Source: Lepidodermella squamata (lineage: Eukaryota > Animalia > Gastrotricha). Taken from it: a stretch of 64,000 bases of DNA. The notes below the pieces were generated by a model. That model searched no databases. It saw only the letters and a list, made by a program, of their open reading frames with translations, and was not told the DNA's origin. The position numbers and the translations under genes are program-made. The stretch is from the NCBI GenBank assembly GCA_047495785.1, contig JBLDXI010000056.1, positions 186,001 to 250,000 on the forward strand, given 5' to 3'. Of this stretch, positions 27,361-54,847 are shown in pieces (position 1 is the first letter of the stretch; every line of letters starts with the position of its first letter).

Positions 27361-28105
27361 TTTTCAGCGAATACGAAACTCTATTGATAGAAAAAATGTC
27401 TGATATTTCTAAGATAAAGAACTAAGAACGAATCGCATTATATTTCTTAGCCAATAAGTAACCAACAAGAGAACGACAGGTACTTAATTGGATACTCATT
27501 AGGTGTGGTCAAGTTTTATGAGTTCATCTCAAAGGAGCGAATAAGAAAGTTAAGACGTTATTACTTGCGTGGATGCATACAAGCATACACGCCTGCCAAG
27601 TCATCAGCCGAGCCCCGCCACCTTGTCAGGTCACGTTAAAAAAAAACTAGCATGAAAAGCGGAGCCAAAAAACTAAACCCAAACTGACTCTGAAAAAAGC
27701 CTAAAACACTCCAAGATTACTTTCTTGTAAATATATCATCTTTTGCCTGCAATGCTGCAGATATAGTAATGTTAACCAAATGACATCATTTGTATCTAAT
27801 TATGCGTCAACTTATTTTTGTTGCACTTTTAGAGGGTGGGGCATTTTCTGTTGTTTTCCGAAAACGCTTGCGATAAACCGTTCCAAGACGAAAAGAGGGT
27901 GGACCGTGACCTATGACCTAGTACCTAGATGTTACTAGTTATTATCGTCTTCTTACGCCTTGTAGCTTGAGTGGACTATCAGCAGCAATATCTGTTAACC
28001 ATGGTTCCTTAGCCCTTAGCCCGAAAACTATTTCAGATATTGATGAATGAAGGATGTCAAAGCAAAACGCCGGATGCTGGCCACTTTGCCCTGCCTGCCC
28101 TCATA

Positions 28106-28130
28106 CCTAGGGAACCTCAGGTTCCCTAGG
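28106..28130. repeat. Perfect 12-bp inverted repeat with a 1-nt centre (cctagggaacct-c-aggttccctagg)
   Basis: Read directly from the sequence; about 70 nt beyond the LINE stop codon. Confidence 0.85.
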
Positions 28131-28201
28131 AAGCAAATTATATCATTGGGCAGAATATGGCCCTATTGTCAGAGGTAATTTGCCAATCCTCAGACATCAG
28201 T

Positions 28202-29314
28202 TTATATGGCCAAATTAAATGCCTTGATTAGGCGCTTAAAGAAAATCAAGGTGTTTTTGACTATGCTATTGTCGGAACTGAGCAATCTTTCAGGATCATG
28301 ACTAACTAAGGACGCACATTCGTATGATAGATGATATGCTAGCAGTCTAAGAGGTGTATCATCGCCACAATACATGCACTTAACATTGGTGATTCTAAAA
28401 ATAATGTGCTCTAGACGACGGAAAGTAGTGTTAGTGATAATTTGAAGAGCAGTCGCACGTAAATCTGGCGGGTAGTTTTCGAAAATATTGCTAATACCGA
28501 AGTATCCTTTTTTAGCTAATAGATATGTATTATCGTATTTAAGGTGAAACTTCACTGAAAGTTCTGTGGTGTAAACGTCTTTGACCAGCTTAAAAATCTG
28601 GTTCATGAAGGTTGGATCTCGTAATAGCCAAAAGTCAGGTGTTATATTGTAAGAAACAAGAAAATTTCGAGCTGCATGAATAGGGTTAAGAACACCCAAT
28701 TTAGGACGAGAGTGGTAGTAGAAAGAAAAAGCATCCTGTACTAAAGGATTATCGCACCTGGTCAGCTCACACACAAATTTAACAGCATTAAGTTTCGCTT
28801 TTAGACTAGTAGGTATTAATCCCATAGTGAAACCGGTCGACAGATTGGAAGCACAAAACGGGATATCACGTGCTCTCTTGAAATACTTGTAGCCCACGCT
28901 ATCCAGCTTGGAGACCCTAGCTGGGACAAAAAGGCCCCACAGCTCAGAGCCAGCAAGCATGGCAGCTTCGACTTTTCCAGAGAATAGGGTGTCTATATTA
29001 CTACGCTCGATCACGTTAAGCTTAAGCCTGTGGGAAGAAATTGCATTGAACGAGCTGTTACCTCGAGTGAGTGCATTGTCAATTGCATCAAACCAGCTAA
29101 GGTCGTGGGACAAGGGTATTCCCAAGTAGAAATCAGATTTCACGACCTTCAGTGGCACACCATTCATGCTAAAGGAATAGCAATCAGAGGGTATAGGAGC
29201 CTGCGAAAAAATGGTCACTTTTGTTTTATCTGGATTAGGGCTAAGCCCTTCTCTAACTGAATAGCTCGACATCGCGTCAATTTGTTTCTGCAGGTCCACC
29301 GCGCTAGTCGCCAC
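28202..29314 (-). mobile_element. 5'-truncated non-LTR retrotransposon (LINE) ORF2: distal RT subdomains plus C-terminal CCHC zinc knuckle
   Basis: 370-codon intronless frame starting just after the expected YADD position: ATSAVDLQKQIDAM..GLSPNPDKTKV..FYLG, AMLAGSELWG, CMYCG..HLSYEC. Confidence 0.88.
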
Positions 29315-29722
29315 TTTCTCTTGCCACTTGCCACACCGCTAATTGCAGACAACGAGAAAATAAAAAAATGGAGTGCACGCGCATCATGTCAGGCTCGCAT
29401 GGTAATGGTGATTGTTCTCGTTACTTTCGTGTGACATATTTAGCTTGGCCGATTTTGTCTGGCGACGTGATTTTTGATTCTTCTCTCCATGATTCTTACA
29501 TGCTTTACACACCGCAATAGGAAAGAAAAGAAAGAAGCAAGGATTTTCTCTATACTCTGGGACCGTATACGAGAGTTCGATTATCAATAATCAATAATTT
29601 GACTTGGGTCGACCCAGGTCGAGTATCAATTCGCAATTGCTTCTACAATGTGACGTCTATTGTGCTTTATTTTCTTTAGTTCTTTTCAAAGCTTGCTTTA
29701 TTGACATATTGTATCTGTGATA

Positions 29723-32700
29723 ATGCTTGCGTTATCGCCCCGCAAACAACACGGCAATGGCACCGAAAACCAAGGCCAACAACATCAGCAAAAGCCTGGT
29801 GGTACGGAGCGGCCACAATTCATCCATGTCGCCAACCCATTTCAAAACGTGCAACCTCCAGATGCGCTCAAGTCGCCTACAACTAATAGAACTCGTTACT
29901 CCCGTGATCAGCTATGTGACTGCTTCCAAAGCGCATCTATTGTGCCGCCAGATAACGTGATGCTTCGGCAGTTTGACATCTTTTCAGACACGTTACTTAA
30001 ACCATTGCTGCTCTGCGCGTCATCGGCAGAGGAGCAAATGGCGTGCGTTTTGTTATCAAATGGCACTTGGTCGCCATCCGGTGTGCCAGCAGCAACAGGC
30101 CCACCTGGAAGAGGCATGGCCGGGCCGGTTGGAGGTGGCGGAGGTTCTGGCGGCATGCAAGGTGGCATTGGCGATGGTGGCGGGAACAATTTTCGACCAC
30201 AGGGTCAACGCGGTCGAGGTCTAGCGATGCAGCAACGGCGGTTTCCTCAACGGCCTTTAGGTATGGCTTCAAACTCATAGATTTTCTTATTTTACAATGC
30301 CTTTGTATGTATTTAGAAGCTGACCGAGTCGACAACTGGCGACAGAGGCCTGGCCCTGGCTCTTCTTCAGGACCGCCTGGCGTACCCTCGCAGCCTCAAT
30401 ATGCTGGTAGTGGTAACAACGACTCTTCGTTATGGCAATCGCGACAAGCCGAGTCTCGACTCGCGCCGAATTGGCTAATGGGTGGAGCATCGCCTGAGTC
30501 ACCGGAAGCTCCAACGAAACCGTCGTCGTTCGATTCGTTGCAATACCAGTCGGAAGCGACCAAACTCTTCGCCGAAGACCTCGCGCCGTACTGGACAAGT
30601 GGAGCGAAAGCGCCACCGCCTGCGACGAAAACACCCGACCCAAGTCCGGCCCCAACGCCCACTTCAGCAGTTGCTCAACCTATCATCGACGGAGAGAGTC
30701 TTTGGAACACGCTATCTGCTCAGGTGAGAAAATCTCATTTAGTTTTGAATATGATCTATGTTTTGTTTGAAGCAGGACCTTCACCCGCCGAAACCTGTCG
30801 TGAAAAATTTATCGCCGATCTCTAGCGACCCGGCGGTTGTTCTCGCGAAAAAAGCCACCATCGTAACGCCCGAACCGGTGCAAATTGCGCCGGTTGTTGA
30901 GCCGCAACCAAAAGCGCCGACCCCGAAACCGCAACAGCCCGAAACTCCGACCGAGCCCGAGCAACAAGCTTGGTTCTACGTCGACCCGTCCGGCACGCTT
31001 CAGGGTCCGTTTTCCGGCCAGCAAATGGAGGAATGGGACAACGAAGGCTATTTCCCGGACGATCTTCGGCTGAGACCGGCTGTTTCCGGGCTGAGCTCGG
31101 CGCCGACGGACGAGCGTGGTTTCATCACGTTGTCGCGATTACGTTCCTTGCAAATCCAGGGCGGGAAGTCGCCGTTTTTAGCCTGCAATATCTCACCGAG
31201 GCAGTTGACGCCGAGGGAGATTGTTGAGACGAAACAGCAGCAACAGCAGCACCATCAACCACCACCACCGCCGCAACAAGTGACTCAGCAGGAAGTGCCT
31301 GATATCCGCCGGCAGAGTTGGGACTCGAGTCTCAGTTCGATTTCGAGTGATGCCGACGTGGCGGTGCCTGTGCATAACCAAAAGCAGGCGCCGGCCCCTG
31401 TTGCTCAACCCCCGCCGGCTGTTTCTCGCATTGGCATTGCGTTGACGAGTGGCGATTCTGTTAGCAATGCGAAAAGCAGGTATCAAGAGCCGTCTGCCTG
31501 GGATGACGACGATGACGATGAGCCGGAACCGGAGCCGGAGCCTGAACGGCCGAAATCCACGACGATGGCGAAGCAAAACCAGCAACAACCACAACAGGTA
31601 AATTTATGGATTTTTGCAAAAACATTATGGCCATTTGCGCAAATAATATGAAACCAGCTGGGAATTTGTTGCTTTTATCCTTTCTGGGTAATCGTGATAG
31701 AAAAATGTGATGATTTTGAGAAAAGATGATTTGAATGATCAGCGCAGAGCAATGAATTATCACATTTTGGTTAGTTACATATTTCAATTTCAATTGGAAG
31801 CGATCAACTAAAAGAAAAGCCGATTAAGATCAGCATATTTGCCGAAATGTTAACAAAACAATGAATTTATTTTATGAGATAATGATTAAGCGAAATATTT
31901 TTTAGTGCAACCTGAGTATTGTCGATCACTGCAGTATAATCTGGAAGGACAAATTCTTGAGTAGCCACGAATAATTGATCGCTGTTTTTTCGGAGACCGG
32001 CGAATTAACTTACGGAACAGTCTTTTTCAATCAAATCGCTTATTATGTCCACTACGATACATTGCGTTGGTTAGACATGACGAATAATTGGGTGATTGTA
32101 TCATTTTCCCCATGAGACACAGCAGATCGCGACTCGAATTCTCATCACAAGTTGCTAATCTGAATCGCGATTGGTTTGTGTAAAATTGCTGGGTGGGTTG
32201 AGCGCAGTAGCAAGTCCCATAGATTCTGTATTGGTGAAAAAATGCAGCCGAATTGGCACATTATCTCAACTTCCGGAAGATGAAAACCATTCGACGGATT
32301 GTGGAACCTGATATATCGCGCAAGCAGGCAAAAACTTGAAAGAAATAATCCTAATTCGAGCCCTTTCAACAAGAAATAATCAACACTTAGAAATCGCGAC
32401 TCGAATATGATTGAGTTCTCGTAGATAAGAAATTGTTGAAAATTCTGCGCCTTCCTTACATAAGGGAAGGAAATTTAACAGGCACATTCAGTTTTCAATT
32501 TTTCTCATCATCAGGAATGTCAGCTTTCAAATTGTTGCTTTATATTTACAGGGTGCTAAGCCGCAACAGCAGCAAAAACCGCAACAGCAGCAACAAGAGC
32601 AGGAGAAGAAGAGCCGTAAAAACCGAAAGAAGCCGAGCAAAGCGGACGAGAAGAAGGAAGCGCCCGTCGACCCGCTGCTCAACGCTGAGCCGGCCGAAGT

Positions 32701-35414
32701 GCGGCGCGCGCGCCTCGCCGCCGAGCAGCTGCGCATCGCCGAGGAGAACTCGCGCAAGCTCGACGACCGCGACTCGCTGCTCGCCGTGCTCGAGCAGAAG
32801 CAGATGCTGCGCGAGAAGGAGCGCGAACTCGAGCGCAAGATGATGACGGCGACGGCGAAGTCATCGGCGGCGCACCAGCAGCACCACCCGGCGGCGAGGG
32901 GCCCGCCCGCCCTGCCGGCGACTGCCAAGTGGGCGAACGCGGCCGGCGGCGGGTCGAACCGGCCGGCGTCGCTGCTCGAGATCCAGCGGCAGGAGGCGAT
33001 GGCGGAGCAGAGCGAGAAGGTGCAGGAGGAGCAGCGGAAGCAGTTGCACGCCGCCATCGTCGCGTCGACGCAGCAGGTGGCGACGACGTGGGGCGCCACG
33101 GCCACGCAGAAGCCGGCCGTCAACGCGTCGGCGCCGTGGGGCTCGTCGACTGCCGCGGCTCCGGAGCCGAAGCGAGGCGGCGGAGGTGGCGGTGGAGGTG
33201 GATTTTGGGACGATGGCGATGATGACGATTCGTTCAGGGCGATCCAGGCCAAGCAGCAACAGCAGCAATCGGCGCCGAAACTGTCCAACATTCTCGGCTC
33301 GTCGTCGGCTGGCGGCAGTGGCGGTGCTGGCAGTGGTGGTTCGAACAACCAGAAGTCGACTCAAAACAGCAAGAAGGACCAAAAGTAAGCCTAGCTAAAA
33401 TACGAATATTTATTCCTATTAGTCAGGATTTAAATTTCTAACAATTTTGAAATATTCGGATTCGATGGAGGAAAATGTTTCGTACCTTAACTGGCTGGTC
33501 TCGAAACTGGGTTGTCTAAAAAGATCCAACGTAAGAAGTGCGAATGATTTTACCTATGAGTTTGTCCGATATTTTCCGCAACTTCGAATTGCGAATTTGT
33601 CCGAATCGCTATACCAGGTGTTAATCATGAAAAATACTCTGAATTTTTCGAAATTTGATAGAACTTTGGAGCTTTGATGAATAGCCTAGCTTCGATTTCG
33701 CATCAGTCTTCGTTTTTTTCATATTTTCACACGTTTTTATGACGATTATCGGTTTTCCGTAAGTCCGATGCGGATTAAATGCCATCGATTTTTCAATCTT
33801 GGATCATCGGAAAAGCCGGGAGCGACATAATTCCTGTAATTATCCTATTCTTGCCACTCAAACAAGACTCGGGTATAGCGGAAAGCGGAAAGCATTTTAT
33901 GTAGTAATTCCACCTATCTTCATGCCTATGTGAATTTTAGAAATTTAAGGAAATGTCAGAGCTGAAAAACTTCTACATACGAACAAAGACCATATAAATA
34001 CATAAATGAAGAAAATGCATAAAATTCACGGTTGAAGCATCAGAAAATCTGAAATGATGGGGAAAATGCTATCTAGGTGGCAATTCCATCCCGTATGAGA
34101 ATGGCAACATGGGATACATAGAATAACACAGTTTTTTTTTAAGTAATTCGGCAATTACATTTAATTACAACAATACCCTTGTTATTTATAAAAAGTCCTT
34201 GAATGTTCCAACATTTAAAGTAACCAGCGTTAACTGGCCCGCGGCTGGCCGTCTCTCAGGCTCTGCGTTTCTTGATGTTTCCGGTGTTGCGAGGTTAGAA
34301 CGGCTTTGCCTGCGCGTCTTCGATCCACTCTTCTTTGACCCAGTAGAAGTGAAAACCCCGACCGATGTTGGTGATGGCAGTGGTGTAGCTTACCAACAAG
34401 TCGTTGTTCGTGGCCTTCAATGAAGTCAGTATCTGCCTTTCCTGCGAGTCGGTGATTCGTACTTGGTTATAACCCTCGATCCGGCCACATTGTTCTTCTC
34501 TTTCCGATAGCTATCCGCGATGAGGCTTCGGGTTTTCTTAACAAAATCAAGGAAAATACTATCGCCATTTTCTTAAAATCACCGGCGTTTTCAACCGCCC
34601 CGAGCTCTTCAATTTTGGATTCGAGCCCGAAAACACCCGCCACGATATCTTTATTACGATTTGGACATCCATTGCGCTGGCTCAGTGCCAGTTAGTTTAT
34701 ATTTGGAAGGGAAATGAACAAAAAATAGCTTGTGTTTTTCAAACGCTGCGAAATCAATTACCTAAATCAGTATCATCGAAATTGAAATTCGATTGGCAGT
34801 AAATAAAAAGTAAACCAAAATTGAATATGCATTTCCAAATCCCTTGAAACGAAAAATAATGGCCACCGACAAATGTGTTAATAGATGTAGCCTTATAGAT
34901 GGATCTTTTGTGCTAATGTCTCGATTTTTTTTCAATTTCCAGGCCGTCTCTGAGCGGCGAACTGAGCGTGCTGGCGAGCTGGGTGGTATCGGAGCTGTCG
35001 CGGCGCTACGCGACCTCGACGTCGCTGTCACCCGACATCGTGCCGGCGTTCGCGCGCCTGCTCGGCACCATCGACGACCGGGCCGGGCACGACGAGCTGC
35101 TGCAGCGCGCGTCGCCCTACTTCTACCGCGAGGCGGAGGCGCGCACCTTCGTCACGGACTTTGTCGCCGCCCGCTCGCGCCTGCAGCAGAACCCGCAGCT
35201 GCTGGCCGCCGCCACCGGCTCGCCCCAGAAACAGCAACAGCAACAACAGCCGAAGAAACCGGCGGCGGTGGTTGTGGAGAAGCAGCCGCCACCGCCTGCG
35301 CCCCAGCCGGAACAGGCCAAGTCGAAGGCGAAGAAGAAGCCGATCCCGGTTTCGGCGTCGGCGCTGTTCAAACTGGTCGGGCCGCCGCCGCCTGCGCCGC
35401 AGCCGGACGAGTGA
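29723..35414 (+). CDS. GIGYF: GRB10-interacting GYF protein (GIGYF1/2 orthologue)
   Basis: Exons 29723-30260, 30317-30723, 30776-31597, 32552-33384, 34943-35414, phase-consistent. 4EHP-binding-like RYSRDQL; GYF domain WFYVDPSGTLQGPFSGQQMEEWDNEGYFPDDL; SLLEIQRQE; GFWDD; C-terminal EARTFVTDF. The exact start codon is uncertain. Confidence 0.9.
34295..34690 (-). pseudogene. Antisense CUB-domain-like gene remnant nested in the last GIGYF intron
   Basis: Two exons joined by a 46-nt GT-AG intron (34582-34537) read ..GCPNRNKDIVAGVF..ENA|ENPKPHRG*LSEREEQCG..LKATNNDLLVSYTTAITNIGRGFHFYW..*. There is an in-frame TAG at 34511-34513. The C-terminal pattern resembles the CUB consensus N.L.V.F.SD...GRGF. 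Confidence 0.4.
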
Positions 35415-36361
35415 TTGAAGACACCCCGAGACACGAGACACAGACACACCAGAGAAGTAAAAGCATCACTTGTACGTACGATACACATGATCAACTACTA
35501 CTACTACTAGCATATTATACACTGAATAAAATCTATTATTTAACGAGGCGAGGAGTGAGCGAGCGAGTCGGTTGTTGGTTGTTGCTGCTGCTGGCGGACG
35601 GGCGGGCGAGAAACGGGGACGTCTTGTTGCTTCTTCATCGTGTTCTTCGCGAGATCTTCTTCATCTTCTTCTTGTGTCGTCGTCATGTTGGTCGTTGCTG
35701 CCGTTGCGCGTGCGTGTTATACCTACTACTGTTCACGGAATGACTGAATGGATGGATTGATGGACGGCTGGATGGATGGCTGGGTGGCTGTTGGTTGATT
35801 GAAAGTGTAATTGGTCAGTTATCGTCTCTCTCGTTTTCTCTTACTATCTCTAGAGCAACGTGGCAAGGCGCACACTTTATAATAATAATAATGATAATAA
35901 TACTGATAAATGCGGAAATAAACGATGAACTATCTAAAACACTCGTTTGTGTCTTTGTCTTTTTAAATAACAAAAATAGTAAATATTAGTACCTGTCCAA
36001 TGGGGCCAGTCCGCCAATTCTTCGACTTGGGTCAATCGAAGAAACGAAGTTCGGCTATCAAAAATGAGACTAAAATTATCCGGCACTGAATTGCCTGAAA
36101 ACAAATAATGTTGCCGACCGCCTGGAATCAGTGCAAGCGTCCGAAATAGAAAGCACTGCGGGCAAAATATTAGCTTAGATTACTTCCGAAAACTAATTGA
36201 TAATGGTGAAATCGATTGCCTGTATGCTTAAGCTTCGTTATATCGGAGCCGCTACCGAACTCAGCCGTGTCATTCTCCGGCCTTGAAGCAAACGGGTTTA
36301 TATCATATCACCGAGATTAACTCGGGTTATTCCAGTCGAATTTTAGTTGTCGGATGGCAGC

Positions 36362-37581
36362 CCTTGGGACTAATAGTAGATGGACTCGACACTCCCCAAA
36401 ATTGTTCGGATTGCAAACAATTACGCTATAAATGTGATATTTTTTGCTGGCGAAAAAAGGAATGAAGTTTTGTTATTTTTTTAGCACAACACAGCCATCG
36501 CCCATTATGAGGCAAAAAAATAGATGTGCTAATTGCATTTTACCTCAATTACTCTCAAGATAACTAAAATGATGAGTTAAAAATTAGATATTCGGAGAGA
36601 CGATTGCATTGATATAAAACTTAAACTTCCACCGCTTATATTATCGCTTTATTTTTCGAAGATATAAAAATCTAATAGATTTTCCCGGCAAATCTTTTTA
36701 ACATTAATATCAATGGATTTAATATAATTTCTTCGGCTTTTTGCACATTTCAGAAAGATGATCATTGTGGCCGGCAAATCCTACTTAGCCTACTTTACCT
36801 ACCCAACCCTTGTGACCTTTCTCGTAGCGGACATTATTGGGCAGTACGTATTGCAATTAACCCATATACCCTTGTGTTAATTTTTATGCCTAAAAGGGCT
36901 GTTTCAGCAATTTTTTTTCGCACTTTCGCATTTTTCAAAGCTAGTAATAGTAAGAATTGAAACCTAATAACTTTCCCGATAGATACCAAATTGAATTTTA
37001 GTTGAAAATTAAAAATTATACGAGAAAATTTTTGCCCGCCCCTTTCGGGATTTTCGAAAATCTTAACGCGTCGAAGGTGAAATAATTTAGAAACTGAAAC
37101 TCCAAAGATAAAACATGGCTGGTAAAATTAACCTATAAAGCATTCAACAAGGATAAATCCCATTTCTATTGTAGAAAAAAATAAAAAAAATTATTAGTTA
37201 AGGACGGCGCGAAGCAAATAGCAGATGAATCATAAAAACCGGTGAATTATTTCATGAGGCAATTTGAAACACAGAGGAGCTGATTTCAAACAAAATTTTT
37301 ATATAACTGCAATCGTTACTAGCCGAGCTTTCCAAATATGTTTATAGAAAATTTTTCCAAACATCATAGATTTCGTGAAACTTAGGAGCAAAGTACTAGT
37401 GCGCCTGAAATTACTGCGCGTAATGGCGAGATGCTGCTTTTTTATTTTAAATTATTGTTAATCGGCCATTTTTTGCAGTCGTCGCGAAATCGCGCGATCA
37501 AAAAGCAGTTTTTTGCTATCCGAATAATTTTGCATCGAGAATATAGGGAGTTTCGAGTCCATCTACTATTAGTCCCAAGTG
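36362..37581. mobile_element. Non-autonomous DNA transposon, Transib-like (CAC-type TIRs, 5-bp GC-rich TSD)
   Basis: Left end c-cttgggactaatagtagatggactcgacactccc; right end (reverse complement) cacttgggactaatagtagatggactcgaaactccc. Flanking direct repeat GCAGC at 36357-36361 and 37582-37586. AT-rich interior with no transposase ORF. Confidence 0.75.
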
Positions 37582-39235
37582 GCAGCCATGGGATGAAACG
37601 TCGGAAATCATTATTAATAATGATTTCAGACGTTTCCCTTCTCCAGGAAAAAACTGGCGGTTATTCGGTAGAACTAGGAAAATCACAAATTGAGAGGTAT
37701 TCTTCGGTGATATATTGCACTGATTCATGACAACTTACGCTTTCGCTTTCGTCACCCAGTTCAAGGTAAGCGTTTCGAAAACACGCTCATTTGTTTAGCT
37801 AGTTGCTGACTTGGAGACGCAATAAAATTGCATCTCATAAATAATATTAGCATATGATCCGACCTCGCGCTTAGTCTTTTGTTCAATCGAATTATCGGTA
37901 TATCAGGTATATTATTTACCTGCTTCAAGGTAACAGTTTTGCGGGATGGGAGCCCCATAGATCTGCTATTGGAATCAAGTACTCAATATTTGATTAGGCC
38001 ATGAAGCTGCGATCGTTAATACTTACTGACTTGAAAAGAATTGGGCTTAGTTGACTTGAACGTAACGTCTGAGATCTATTGTCGATAGCGCGATCACCTG
38101 GCCATAAATTATTCACGGGTTCTCAATATTTTTGCAGTTGCTTGGGTTCCAGGTTTGACTTGGCTTTTCGCTCGATCGTCCCGTGGAAGCTCCACCGGGG
38201 ATTCGGTCAAATAATACTTACTCGTCAACCAACCGGGCTATGCGCACAGAAATTCATCCATTCTCCGAGAATGTGATTTGTAAAATGGCTATAAATTTTG
38301 AAGTGAATTAGATTTTATCACGCGGCCTTCGTAGCAGAACGGAAAAAAATGTTGTCAGTGGTTCGAAAAATCGAGTTTCCCGCACTGGTACCAACAGTAA
38401 TAGTTAACCGCGTCGAATTTAGCCCAATTCGACATTATTTCGAATTTCAAACTCAATTTCAAATGAGAATCATTGTCAAACTGGACAATCTGATCAAAGT
38501 GGACTCAGTTATCAGCGATTTCCAGTTGATTTCAAAGTGCAAAATCCAATTAGAGGTACAGATTCACGGTTGGACTGGCTTGTTACATGTAATTTTTATG
38601 GCACACGTGGCCGGTCCTGCGCCAATGAAGGAAAAGTTCTGCGAATCAATGCACAGTGCAACATGTGTCATGTGTAACATGTGTAACGTGCAACATTCAT
38701 TTGAGGCTCGAGGCTGAGATTTGTCTAGGCATTACGCTAACTTCAGACGGAGAAAGTACAATTCGCACTCAACTGTTTTACTCGCTAAAAGTCGAAAATA
38801 CTGTACGGCCTGATCCCCGACATCGCAACGCCCCGACATAGCAACCCTGTTGCGATGTCGGTGACGAGCAACATTGACTCTCGAGGCAAGTTTCTTATGC
38901 GAAAATTGTCGTTCATCATTGATGCGAACGCAACTTCTTGGTTTCATCAATAATTCACCTCAGGATAAAATACCACTTTCTATCGGTAGACGTAACATTT
39001 TATGAATAAGTTAAGAAAATTATCCCTACTTGCCGTAATAGAAGACTTCTTACCGATTCGGTGCGCGCTTCCAATACATTATTTGACGCGTCTCGCTTTC
39101 AAACAATACGGGTATTGTTTATTTGCTCCACCTGCGAGCACTCTGAATAATAAATTTAGGCGAGAAAACCTGCTGATTCGTGACAAGTGACAAGTTACAA
39201 AAAATTTGCCCCGTTAAGAACGTCAAGTTAGTCTG

Positions 39236-54520
<15,285 letters not shown>

Positions 54521-54847
54521 GTGAGTCATTTCGGTTATTAGAGGTATAATCTAAAGTCAATGAGGCCGCAAAGATGCTTTTTATCGGTAATCGAAAAGAA
54601 GGGAATAGAAACGAAACATCTTTTCATTTGTGGCCCTTTTATTTGTAATTTGTTCGCTTTATTTGTTTGCTATTTACTATTTTTTTGCTTTTGCATGGGG
54701 AACTAAGCGATCAGCCTCCACGCGGCGTTCCCTGGAGCCACTCGCAGTGGTACTAAAAGATCGCGGCTAGATTTCTGTTTGTGATTGGTCAATTCTTCGA
54801 TTCGATTTTTTCTGGTCCTATCGATTGTTTTTGGCAGTTTTTCAATA

